Assembly (NCBI GenBank): GCA_013239625.1
Contig: MU053873.1
Span: forward strand, 2,928,524-2,992,523
Reading direction: 5' to 3'
Source of the DNA: Lama guanicoe
Taxonomy: Eukaryota
DNA length: 64,000 bases
Below are positions 1-11,150 of this stretch, one piece after another. Both the position numbers and the translations under genes were made by a program. The first letter of the stretch is position 1. Every line of letters begins with the position of its first letter. Below the pieces are notes generated by a model, which was not told the DNA's origin, did no database searches, and worked only from the letters and a program-made list of their open reading frames with translations.

Positions 1-39
1 ACAACTACTGTTATCATTATTATCATTATTAATGAGACT

Positions 40-178
40 CAGGGCTGCCATGTGTTGTTGGGTGGGTTGTGCACTGCACAAGTGTGCACAGCACATGTAG
101 GAGTTGAAATCCATGCAGTGGTCTGCTCACCAACCTGTACACGATGGGGCCATATGCCTGGACAAAGGGGTACCTTTT
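40..178 (+). mobile_element. MER91A-like hAT MITE, interrupted at its 3' end by an L1 insertion
   Basis: cagggctgcca...ggttgtgcactgcacaag...gaaatcca...aaggggtacctttt resembles the MER91A consensus as recalled. Confidence 0.6.
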
Positions 179-318
179 TATTTTTATTTTTATTTTTTAA
201 AATATTTCTTATTGAGTTATAGTCATTTTACAATGTTGTGTCAATTTCCAGTGTAGAGCACAATTTTTCAGTTACATATGAACATACATATATACATTGT
301 CACATTTTTTTTTGCTGT
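179..318 (-). mobile_element. 5'-truncated L1 3' end (camelid/artiodactyl type)
   Basis: Poly-T tail followed by ttattgagttatagtcattttacaatgttgtgtcaatttccagtgta; degenerate TSD aggggtacctttt / aggggcacatttt. Confidence 0.8.
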
Positions 319-504
319 GACAGGGGCACATTTTTAAGTGTAGCCATTTTGTAATTTTCTCAAGGACCAGCAGCAAACCTGACCCAAAGGAGAGTGAGCC
401 CTGAGAAGAGCTCTAAACCTAAAATTGGTATACAAGCTGGGCCTGTTCACCTGAAGGGGTGGAGGGCCCTGTGCGCTCCGGGAGGAGGGCGGGGACCCAC
501 TCAC

Positions 505-699
505 CTCTGCACAGGGGCTCTGTGTCGTTCCAGTACGGGTCCCGCACGTTGATGCACTCAATGATGGCCGGGCCCTGCTCCAGAGAGTGGCCAGGGTCGC
601 AGGTAAACTCCACTATCGTCCCGATGTTATAGGTTGGGTCGGATGTGGTGAAGTTCCCGTTCTGAATGTAGGGCTCGTAGCAGTGGCCTTTTTCAAAGG
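505..699 (-). CDS. SEZ6L: SEZ6L exon 8 (195 bp), Sushi/CCP domain 2
   Basis: (A)FEKGHCYEPYIQNGNFTTSDPTYNIGTIVEFTCDPGHSLEQGPAIIECINVRDPYWNDTEPLCR; acceptor acgcag|CC, donor AGAG|gtgagt. Confidence 0.97.
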
Positions 700-1106
700 C
701 TGCGTTGGGGACAGAGAAAGGGCAGTCACTCAGATGAGTCAGGGGCCGCTCACAGTGCTGTGTCTCAGAAGCAGGGGCCCCTCTTGCTGCTCACAGGGAA
801 GCCCCAAGGGAAACAGGTGCCGGACCTCACAGTCTAGTTCCAGCTGACCTGCTGGGGGCCCTTGGGCCACTCACTTGGCTTCTTGGGCCTTGTTATTTTC
901 ACATCTAAAATGAGAATAAGAACCTCTTGCCCTCCCAACCCTGCGGAGGTGGCCTTTGGAAGTCCAAGGGCCAGTCTAACCACTGCCCCCAGCCCATCCT
1001 TAGCAGGTCAGATTTGTACCTCCCAGGACCCAGGCCTAGCCCCACCATGCTTCCCCAACTGCCACACCACCACTCCAGGAGAGGGGGTGACCCCCGGGAC
1101 CCTCAC

Positions 1107-1273
1107 CCTCGAACCGGATGTTGAAGGCGGAGGTTGCCCGCGCCTGGTCAGAAGTGAATTCGATGCGGATGGTGTGGCCGTCACTTAGCAGGCCCTCAAA
1201 GGGGACGCTCTCGGTTTGGAGGGAGTCGTAGAGAAGAGCAGACTTGTTGGTCAGCCCGCTGTAGACCATCATC
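1107..1273 (-). CDS. SEZ6L: SEZ6L exon 7 (167 bp), second half of CUB2
   Basis: MMVYSGLTNKSALLYDSLQTESVPFEGLLSDGHTIRIEFTSDQARATSAFNIRFE; acceptor ctgctag|G, donor GAGG|gtgagg. Confidence 0.97.
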
Positions 1274-1594
1274 CTAGCAGTGGGAAAGGAGATGAGGGCC
1301 CCTGAGAGTCTTCCTGGGTCAGAGTGTATGCCATGAGACCCCTTCTGGAGATCTATTCCCAGACTCAAATCCTGACTTCACCCCACACTCGCCCAGACGC
1401 TCTACTTCATTGAATCAAATTTGTTTCCCTTTCTGTCCAGCGGCTGTCCTAGACTCATGGACTGATTCTGAGGTTGTAAGGAAAGTGATGTGTATGATGT
1501 AATGACCAGACTACTTAACTGATACTGATTATTATTACTAATTAAGAAGTTGGGATGGACAGACTAATAACATTCCTGAAATACTGGTACATAT

Positions 1595-1775
1595 ATTTAG
1601 ACAGAGTCCCGGCTTTAACTTTTGAGCTGTGCGACTATGGACAAGAACACTTCACATCACTGGGCCTCTGTTTCCTCATCTGTAAAATGGGTATAAGCAC
1701 ACTTACATCAGAGTGTGGGCATTAGACACCATGGGTATAAAGTACCCAGGACACAGTAGGGGCAAGTCAAGTTTA
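1595..1775 (+). mobile_element. MIR SINE
   Basis: Core gctgtgcgactatggacaag...ctgggcctctgtttcctcatctgtaaaatgggtataa. Many more MIR/L2 fragments occur through the window, e.g. near 6690, 7680, 13170, 17080, 29110, 30370, 41700, 56450 and 61590. Confidence 0.8.
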
Positions 1776-2544
1776 TGAAGCCTTGGACCCTTAACTAGGC
1801 TGTGTCTTTGATTCTCATTTCCTAAGAGCATGGTTGTGCGGAGTCAGCTGTCCTGATTTCCAGTTCCCAATTCCCCACCACTGAGGTTATCCAAGTCTCA
1901 GTACCTTTTGGGCCTCAGTTTCCACAGCTGTGAAAAGAGGGATCATAATGTCTTCCCTACCTATATTACAAGGGGGCTTTGAGAAAGTAACAGGATAAAG
2001 TGCCTAAAAAATAAACAGTATTAGACAAAATGTTGGTATTCATTTTTACTGTTGGTAAAACCCTTTGAGGCTTGACTCTTTGCTAGCCTTGGTATTTTTA
2101 AAGAAGTTTTGCAAAAATGGGGAAGAAACCAGTATACAAATTGGATAACTTATTTTTATGGAGTCATTAAACAGGCATTTTTAGTCCTTTGAGTTTTTTT
2201 GACTGTGACCCATAAAAAGGGTTTATATTATGTTGCCCAGATGAATTGCTAATGTCACCAAAATGCATGAATGTTGGAACCACAGTTTGTTCATTTTGCC
2301 GTGCGTCCACCGTGGCTGGGATGAGGAGGGGGCCAGGGAAGAGGCCATTGGCCATCCCAAGAGTGGGGAGGGGCCTCTTCACAATCTTCTGATCCTTGCT
2401 GATTCTGTTGTATCTTGGGGACTGTGCCCCAGGACTCCTCTTTCAAAGAAACAAGGTCTTTGGCAAAGAGGGTTGCCCTGGAGGAAACCCCCAAAATCTC
2501 AAAATCTCTATAGTCAATTAATCTTCTTAAAAATAGGAATTTTC

Positions 2545-2795
2545 TAGCTATGTTCTCTAGAATGTCTGAAATGATAATAAGTTTTATCTCAAATATATAT
2601 ACAATCTGTGGTCAAATGGGTTTGGGAAATGCTGGGTTAAGTAAGAATTAAACATTTTTTTCCCTTGCAGGACTTGTCAGTGCCTTTGCCAGTTAATATG
2701 CATTAATACCTACTGAGATAGGGATACGGCATCTTCCAAACATATTTGACCAGGGAACCCACATTTTACACTGCATATTATGGGACAGGAATTTA
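2545..2795. mobile_element. hAT-Charlie MITE (MER103/MER112-like)
   Basis: gtggtcaaatgggtttgggaaatgctgggttaa...gcaggacttgtcagtgccttt...cttccaaacatatttgaccagggaaccc, with internal inverted symmetry. Confidence 0.6.
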
Positions 2796-3864
2796 GAAGG
2801 ACTTCATTTTGAGGGGAAATCATCTTAAAATCTTTCTTCATATCTCTACTCTACTCAAAATCCTTCCACGGCTCCCCATAGCTTATAGAAGTAGCCTGGC
2901 ACCCAAAGCCCTTCAGAAGATGACCCCAACTGACCTCTACATCTTTGCCCACCCCTCACTCCTATTCTCCCTGCTTGAGATACTCCATCATGCATTGTAT
3001 TTTTGGATTCCCTGTTCAAATTTCTTTCCAAGGTTTAGATCAAGGTCCTATTTCTTATGTAGAGCCTTATCTAGCTCTAACCTCTAACTGTCATTAGCTG
3101 TTTTCCTCAATAAAGTCCACGGACAAAGTTAATAGAAATTAACTTTTCCTCTTTGCACAGTGAATGTCTTCATTTTGTGTGTGTGCGCCCGTGCGCGCAC
3201 ACATGCATGCACATGCGCTAATCTTTAACCTTGATAAACTACTCCAAACTTCTTTCCCTATGGACACACTTGAGAACTGGTTTCCCCTAGTGGCTGTCAA
3301 CTCCCACCTTTCATAAACCTGTCTGTGTGTGTGTTTGGCACACTTATCAGAATTTAATAAACTTTCAGAAAATACTTATTTTGGTTAATTTTTTCTCTCT
3401 CTACTCATTCTTGCTGTCTGGTATAAATGTAAGCTTGGTTTATTCCTAGCACCACTCAGAAGAGGCCAATCAGAGGTCTGAGTTTTAGAAAGTGTTCATC
3501 ACTGAGGGTTCCCGGGTCTTGCTTCTCAGTCAGTCTCTAGGGAGAAAGACTGAACATCTGATATTCTTAAAGGGTTCCTGAGGTCCTTCTGATGCTGCCA
3601 GGAAGCCACGTTCTGAAGCCCCTGTTCTATACCTTGCACTTTAGAGCAGTGATTTGTTGGTGTGCGGTTGTTCAGGATAAAGTTGGACTACTTGGAGGGA
3701 AGTGGAGTCCAGAGTTGGGTAAATTATTTAGTTGTCTGATATTTTTTCTTGTAATCCTTTCCTAAAGAGGTTAATGGTTGAGGTTTGAAGCTTCAAAGAA
3801 GCCAGAGTGCTATAATTCTAAGATCACAGCCTGATAGATCCCAGAATTCTAAGGTGCTGGCAGT

Positions 3865-4258
3865 CTAGCAAATGCTGTCAGTACCCGACCCATATCCCCT
3901 CAGCACTCATTACTCACCTATTTTCTGCTGGTTTCCACAGTTTCTGAGAACCAGCCAGCTCAAACAGGCAACGCTGGGGAGTCAGAGTGCCCAGTGATGG
4001 ATGTTGGGGTGGAGGTGGATAAATACCCCAGCTCCCTCACCCTGTGCTAGGAACACCCTGAGCCCCACTCAACACAGCTTCCCAGAGGTCCCCGGTAGAT
4101 AAGAACCCCAGTTGTCTCCACAGTAACACATACTGTACCTACTCCCTTTCCTTTTCTGCTCACTTTCCTAGTGCTTTCTAGGATCAGCTCCCAAAAAACC
4201 CACTTTCTCTCACATCCTTGTCAACATGTCTGTTTCCAAGGGAACTCAATCTGGGACA
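3865..4258 (+). mobile_element. LTR16-like ERVL solo LTR
   Basis: ggataaataccccagctccctcacc...cttcccagaggtcccc...ggatcagctcccaaaaaaccact...tgtctgtttccaagggaactcaatctgggaca is typical of LTR16. Confidence 0.7.
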
Positions 4259-4867
4259 GCACGTCAAAGCTGCTAAGGTCTTAATTTTCTAGGACATTCC
4301 AGAATATTCTAGAGTAAGTTCTCAGGTTAGTAAAGTTTTAAGATTCTGGATTCTGTGCACATTACCTAGCATCTACAGACGTGCTCTGGGTGAGATGTTG
4401 TCTTCTATCCTCTCTAGTTCCTTCATGTGCATAAATCTGTTTTTTTATCTCAACTTCCTATCATACCAGGAACCAAAGTTCCTTACTTCTCTCCTGTTCT
4501 CCATGGAGCCTAATTCATGACTAGGAGAAGGTACGCAGTAAACATTACCTCCTTGTTCAACTGCAAAAAGGGATGTGCAGGAGGAAAGATGAGGAAGTGA
4601 AACGTGGGGGAGCTGGATTCCCTTCCCGCCTCTCCCCCTGCCCTCTGTGACTGGGGCAAGGCCCTCTCCCTCTGTACGCCTTAGTTTCCTTACATGTACA
4701 AGGAGAGTTTGAAGCTGATGGTCCCTAATATCCTTGCCACCCTCCCCAGCTCTCCCTTTTTTGACTTCCATGAGCCACCGTTTTAGCCATTTCAAGACTC
4801 CAAATCCCTTGCTGCGTGCTAACGCTCTGGGAGAGAACGAGGATGTCTGGGGGCCCTTGGAGGTTAC

Positions 4868-5033
4868 CTGTCCTTCTCGTGCAGCGACAGCCTCTCAAAG
4901 TGCAGATGCAGCTTCTGACCCTCTGGAGCTTCAATCGTCCACACACAGAGCTGGCTCCCGTTGGTACTTCCCGAGTGACTTGGGGAGAGGACGCGGCCGA
5001 TGGTGGCATTGTGCACAGCCCCTCCACAAGGGG
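4868..5033 (-). CDS. SEZ6L: SEZ6L exon 6 (166 bp), first half of CUB2
   Basis: (A)PCGGAVHNATIGRVLSPSHSGSTNGSQLCVWTIEAPEGQKLHLHFERLSLHEKDR; acceptor ccccag|CC, donor ACAG|gtaacc. Confidence 0.97.
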
Positions 5034-5063
5034 CTGGGGTCAGAGAGTTGGGGGGGTGGGTGA

Positions 5064-5118
5064 TGAGAGGAGAGAGAGAGACAGAGAGAAAGAGACAGAC
5101 AGACAGACAGAGAGAAAG
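5064..5118. repeat. (GA)n/(GACA)n compound microsatellite; pyrimidine tract on the SEZ6L strand
   Basis: gagaggagagagagagacagagagaaagagacagacagacagacagagagaaag. Confidence 0.9.
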
Positions 5119-5349
5119 TGAGAGTTTCATCCTTCCCCGATCCCCACCTCTTAATGGGAGGAAGCAGGCTGGGAAGAGGGGAACCATGGGAAAGGCCTGC
5201 CCCCAAAAGAAGTTCATCCTGTCTGACAGCAGATCTAATTCCACGATTGGAACCATCATCGTGTGAGCTCCACGGTAGGAATGAATGACTGCGATTTAAG
5301 GATTCTTCCAAGGTGCTGCTGGTGCCATTTCTTAATTATAAAACGGTAA

Positions 5350-6085
5350 TCAAGAAAGACATCAACAGGCAGTTCACAGAAGAAGAAATGTGCTTTTAGG
5401 TACTTAGTAAGCCCTAAAATATCCAGCCTCACTAATAATAAAAGAAATGCAAATCTAAACTGTATTCTGTTTTCATGCACTTAATTGGTCAAGATAAAAA
5501 GCAACAGTAAAACAGAGATGGCACAGGTGATGGGAAGTGGTCCCTCTCATTCAGGCCCGGTTCGAATGCAAATTGCTGTGACCTTTCAGGAGAGCCATTT
5601 CGTGAAACATCTAGAAAGTATGTTCAAATACTCTGACCTAGTAATTAAGGTTCTGGGAACTCACCTTAAGAAAAGATTTAGAGAGTTTCCCAAAAATGTG
5701 TGAATGAGGATGTTCACTGCTAGACTGTTTCTAAGAGCCAAAGATGAGAAATAACGTGAACGTCCACTCACAGATACTTGGTGATATACATACACTCCAT
5801 TCATACAGTTTTTAAAACACTACGTTCCCAAAGAATACTTGAGAATATAGGAAATACATAAATATAGAAAATAGAGGAAAATGCACACTGTATTTTAAGT
5901 GGAGAAAAAGACAAGTTGCAAGATGGTCCACCGTTTCCTATTTCAGTGAGCTACACGCACGGATCAATTGAGAACAGGAATATAAAAGTGATTTGCTACA
6001 ATCTTCAACATGTTCATATTTCTTGGATTTTTTTTTACCAGAGTCATATATTACTTTTACCATAAAAATTCAATAAATATTAAAA
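5350..6085 (+). mobile_element. Ancient L1 (L1ME-like) 3' fragments
   Basis: caacaggcagttcacagaagaagaaat...agcctcactaataataaaagaaatgcaaat...gaggatgttcactgc. Confidence 0.65.
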
Positions 6086-6127
6086 AGTGATTTGTGAACC
6101 AGGAAGAGTTATTCAAACGTGGGAAAG

Positions 6128-6417
6128 CATGGACACAGAAAACAAACTTATGGTTACCAGGACCGTAAGGAGGAAAGGAGGGTAGAGGAATAAATGGGGA
6201 GTTTGAGATTTATAAATACAAATTATTATATATAAAATAGATAAACAGCAAGGTCCTACTGTATACCACAGGGAACTATATTTGAAACCTTGTAATTGCC
6301 TATAGTGAAAAAGAATATGCAGAGACTATATACGTAAAACTGAATCACTATGCTGTACACAAAAAATTAACGTCATTGTAAACCGACTATACTTCAATAA
6401 AAAGACAAACAAAAAAA
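6128..6417 (+). mobile_element. 5'-truncated L1 3' end with A-tail and TSD
   Basis: gaaaacaaacttatggttacca...aaggtcctactgtataccacagggaactat...gactatacttcaataaaaa; TSD caaacgtgggaaag (6114-6127) / caaatgtgggaagg (6418-6431). Confidence 0.9.
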
Positions 6418-7844
6418 CAAATGTGGGAAGGTAGTCTTTTTCTTATTCTGAAGAGATATTTGACTGTCATTCAATGTTTGTTGAATGACTGCATGACTAA
6501 TAAGGAATTGCATAGATGAGAAAGGCAGTCAGCTTCCTTCTCTACTCTGGACTCTGCTGTGACCTACAGCAAAGACACAGCCAAGAAGTCTGGTACTTCT
6601 TTCAGCCCATGGACAGAGCACCGGGTCACTCTCTCTCCAGGCTGCCTCCTCCTCCCACACCCACAACCCTATTTCCATCCTAAAGAGGAGGTTCAAATCT
6701 GGCCAGTGCCACTTACCTGCTAGGGATCTAGGACAAGTCCCTGAAGCTCTCTGAACCTCTAGTTCACTGTAAAATGGTAACAATATTTCCACCCTCCTTA
6801 TAGGACCGTGGTGAGAAATCAATGAAACATTGCACGTAGAGAGCTTGGTGCCACCCTTGCACAGAGAAGGTGCTCAAAATGTAACCAGCATGACTGCCCT
6901 ATAGCTCAGGAGCTGAGGAGATGGGGGATGCTGTCGCTGTAGGGGGGCGCCGGCCATCTGTCCTTCCTGAGCTGCCGCTCATTTGTTGCCTCTCTGCTCC
7001 CTTCCTTGCCTTATTAAGCTGCCTGATGACTCTGTTTGGCTTCAATTTGCCAGCCGTGGCTCCCCATCCATCTTTCTTAGCACAAATTGAGGCTTAATTT
7101 CTCTCTTCACACATAGATAAAAATTAACACGAGGGAGCATGGAGACCAACCGACCTATAGTTCGGATTTTTTTTTCCTTTGTTAAAAAAAAAAAAAGAAG
7201 AAAAATTCTGAAGGGCCTTGGGGGAACAATACTGCAACAACTAAATCTCAGAATTTATCATCAGCTCTCATTTGCATTTTCAGTTCCATTGACTATGAAC
7301 GCCTGGAGGGCAAGGATTATGTTTTCTTATTCCCAGTCTTCTCCTTGTACATGGCTCATGGCCTGGCACATAGTAGGTTCTCAGCCAACGTGGGCAGCCT
7401 GTACTCTCTGGCCATGGTCAGGACTCTTGAGAATCTAGTAGGGTTTTGCTCTCTTGATAACTGAAGATGGTCAAGGTTATTGCCACTGGAGCAGGGACAG
7501 TGTGGTAGGGCCCAGTGTTTCTCAATCTATAATGTGCACATGAACCACAAAAGGAGTATGTTACATGTAGATTTTGATTTGCTTGGTTTTATGGGGCGCA
7601 GGACCATGTGTTTCGAATAATCTCACTGGTCTGCAGACTGCACTTCGAGTAGTGAAGGTATAAGGGAAAGAACTCAGGAGAGAAGGATTCTGGACTCAGT
7701 TAAATTTCTATCTGGTGACTTTGAGCAAGTGACTTCACCTCCATAAGCCTCAATTTCCTCATCTGTAAAATGGGGATAATGGGATAATCCACCACATAGG
7801 ATTGCTGTGAGGATACAGACTGGACACAAAATACGGCAGCAGTC

Positions 7845-8895
7845 ACATCAAAAGTACAAGCAACAAACAAACAAACAAAAAATAGATAAGACAGATTTGG
7901 TCAAAATTAAAAACTTGTCTGCACCACAGGACACTATCAAGAAGTGAAAAGACAATTCATAGAGTGGGAGAAAATATTTGTCAACTGTGTATTTGACAAA
8001 GATCTAGTACCCAAAACATATAAAGAACTCTGACAACTCAAGAAAAAGACAAATGACCAAATTTTAAAAAATGGGTGAGGGACTTGAATAGACATTTCTC
8101 CTAGAAGATAGACAAATGGCCAAGAAGCATGTGAGAAGATACAATATCATTAGCTGCCAGGAAAATGTAAATCAAAAATCACGGCAAAATACCTTCACAC
8201 CCACTAGCATGGCTGTAGTAATAAAAAGCAAATGTGGAAAGCAGCAAGTGCTGGTGAGGATGCGGAGAGACTGGCACTCTTGTATGCGGCAGGTTGTAAA
8301 GTAAAATGGTGCAGCCACTGTGGAAAACAGTTTGATGGTGTAAGGTCACCTTCAAAAGTTAAACATGGAATTCCCATGTGACTCAGCAATTCCACTCCTG
8401 GGTATGTACCCGAGAGAAATGAAGACCTACGTCCCCACAAAAACGTGTACCCAAATGGTCACAGCGGCATCATTCATAACGCCCCCAAAGTGGAAACAAC
8501 TCAAACGTCCACCGACGAACGAACAGATAAAATGTGGCCTATCTGTATCATGGAATATTATTCAGCCATAAAAAAGACTGAAGTTCTAATACATGCTACA
8601 AGCAAGGATGCACTTTGAAAATACTGTGCTAACTGAAACAAGCCAGACACCAAAGATCATATATAGTGTGATTCCATTTACATGAAATGTCCAGAATAGG
8701 CAACTCTATAGAGACAGAAAGCATACTGGTGTTTGTCAGGGGCTGGGTGAGGGAAAAATGGGGAGTGACTGCTAATGGGTACAGCGTGTCCTTTTGCAAG
8801 TGATAACGGTGTTGGTTGCGTAACATTGTGAATGTACTAAACGTCATTAATGGTCAATCTTAGGTCATGTGCATTTTATCACATAACAGAGCTTT
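7845..8895 (+). mobile_element. L1MB/MC-like LINE, ORF2 end plus 3' UTR
   Basis: ggacactatcaagaagtgaaaagacaa...gaatagacatttctcc...cagcaattccactcctgggtatgtaccc...tgattccatttacatgaaatgtccagaataggcaa. Confidence 0.85.
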
Positions 8896-9013
8896 AAATA
8901 GTAGCAGAGATTTGTATTTCTCTTCCCCTAAGGGCAATATTAATACCCTGGGGGCTGATCTCCCCCCTGCTTGTGGACCATCCACATTTGGTCTGGCTGA
9001 GGCTGGCGTGTAC

Positions 9014-9199
9014 CTGAGCAGACGGGCTCCTGGCTGCTCCAGTGGGGCTTGGAGGCATTGATGCACGTCAGTATCTCGGCTCCCTGCAGCTCATAGCCCA
9101 GGTGGCAGTGGAAATGGGCCACCCCGCCCGAGTGCAGGCCCATCACCGTGACGTCCCCGTAGTCTGGCCGGCGGGGAAAGTTGCAGCTCAGCATGAAGG
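9014..9199 (-). CDS. SEZ6L: SEZ6L exon 5 (186 bp), Sushi/CCP domain 1
   Basis: (A)FMLSCNFPRRPDYGDVTVMGLHSGGVAHFHCHLGYELQGAEILTCINASKPHWSSQEPVCS shows the 4-Cys plus Trp CCP pattern; acceptor cccag|CC, donor TCAG|gtacac. Confidence 0.97.
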
Positions 9200-10374
9200 C
9201 TGGGCAGAAATGCAGAGGCAGACAGTTATTTCTCAGAGAGGGAACAGAGAACGTGACCCACATCCCGGGAGCTGATTTGTGCTGAGGGAAAAGGATAAGG
9301 CCCCTGGGGACCCCGGAGCTCTGGAGGTGGGTATTTTTGTGACTCAGGTTGATCATATGGTGCATGTGGTGCTGAGATGGCCAGACTGGCGCTTTTCCTA
9401 GGCTCAAAGCTCCCCACCCTGCCTAGCCAGAGACAGTAGATTTGGGGTGAAAAGATGTGTGTCCTATACCTCACTGGAGCCTCTCTCCACGTGGACATAG
9501 AATGACTTTCTCCTTGAGCACAGGAGGGGCGGGGTCTCCCAGCTGGTTAGTCCCACCTGCACAAACATCTTAGGTGTTTGTTTCAAATGCAGGTTCTTGG
9601 ACCGGAGTTGGAATAACTAGTTCCTCAGGAAATGCCAAGGATATGATGAAAGCTTGAAAACAACTGTCCTGGGAGGTAAGGGCTTGGTCTCTGGGGGAGA
9701 CCAATGTGAGTTTACGCTCTTCACTCCATCATTTAGAAACGGTGAAGAAACTATTCATCCATCACTTGAGAAAGTGACACAGTGCCCTGACCTTCACTCT
9801 CCGCATCTTGCTGGTGGAGTCAATAATGGTCCCTACCTCATGGTAGGTGGTAAGGATTAAATGGGAAATGCTGAAAAAGAGCCTCCTTAACTCAATGTGT
9901 GGTGAACAGCGCTCACCGGATGGGGGTGGTAGAAGGGCGTGTGTGGCCGCATTGCACTCAAGCTTCATTTTCACAAGAGGATGCTAAACCCATCCTAGCT
10001 CCGCCCCCTAGACTCTGGTCTGATCTCTCCTGCAGCCTAGGACACCTGCATTCCCAGTACTCATTAGAGGGACCAAATTCAAGTCCATGTCTCAACACAC
10101 TATTTTCTTTTTCATTTTTAAATTAACAAAGACCAGAGAGCGCAGTCTCCATCTTGAGAAGGTGTGATGACATAGACACTCTATATAGTCGTCTATCTGT
10201 TTCAGAAACATCCAAGGGGAAATTTTTAAATGAATTGTTTTTTTCTGGATGTTTGGTCAATGCGACATAAATGTGGATGGTTTTCAGTATCCTGAGCTGT
10301 GGCTAAGAGCTCCTGGTAAGGGAAGTAACCCGAGGCTGGGGAACCGCCCAGGAGGTGGGGAATTGGGATGACAT

Positions 10375-10570
10375 TGAAGAAGAGAGAGAAGGAAGAGGGA
10401 GTGGAGGGTGGGTACGAAGACAGAGAGAGGAGGAAAGAAAGGAAGGAAGGAAGCAAGAAAAGAGGCAGGAGAGGGAAGGGAAAGAGAAGAGAATGGTGAA
10501 CAGAAAGCAAAAGAGGGGAGAATGGAAGACAGACAAAAAGGAAAGAAGTAGTGGAGAAGGAGGAAAAAGA
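10375..10570. repeat. Purine-rich (GA/GGAA) low-complexity tract
   Basis: gaagaagagagagaaggaagaggga...ggaaggaaggaagcaagaaaagagg. Confidence 0.85.
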
Positions 10571-10587
10571 GGGGCGGGCCCCGGCGG

Positions 10588-11093
10588 CAGAGGCTCTCGA
10601 CCAGAAACCCACAGACTCATGGGACCCATGTACCAAATTCAGGAGCCATGAACTTGAATGGGGAAGGGGGCTTGCTTATTTTTCATTAACCTTTAACTCA
10701 GACGGTGGTGCTTCCCTTCAATCATGAACGCAGGCAACGCACTGTAACCTCATCACAGAACCTGCGACTCTGTCACCAAGGGAAACGGCAGATACTTTCC
10801 TATCAAAATGAATATCTTGACATATTTCTTCTGCTTCTCAGTACTGTGAAATTACAGTAATTATCACAGCTGCTGGGAAATATTATTTCATGCGTTAATA
10901 AAAGAAGCACATAGATGCTGATATCACGGATGAAAACAGTATTTTGACAACTGCTATTCAATAGGGCTTGTTTCCTTTTTAATTGTGTATGTTTTATTTT
11001 ATGCTCTTAAAAACATAAATCAAGGGAGGGGTCCATAGATGTGACCAAACTGCCAGAGGGGGCCCCCTGGCACCACAAGGGTGAGAACCCTCG
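10588..11093 (+). mobile_element. Charlie4a-like hAT DNA transposon, near full length
   Basis: catgaacttgaatgggg...ttcattaacctttaact...tgcgttaataaaagaagcacata...ggggtccatag...caaactgccagagggggcccc...ggtgagaaccctcg resembles the Charlie4a consensus as recalled. Confidence 0.75.
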
Positions 11094-11150
11094 ACTCCAG
11101 AGGGAAACTGAGACCAGAGTTCCGTGCCAGCAGTCCCGGCCCGGTCCTAC

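Noticed and set aside
6932..6952. CTCF site (ctgtaggggggcgcc), also 15643-15658
   Set aside because: Only the 3' half matches; the key 5' CC positions are missing or out of register.
10226..10651. Hydrophobic (Phe/Leu/Ser) and charged (Arg/Glu/Lys) ORFs resembling membrane or coiled-coil proteins
   Set aside because: They are translations of a GA-rich low-complexity tract.
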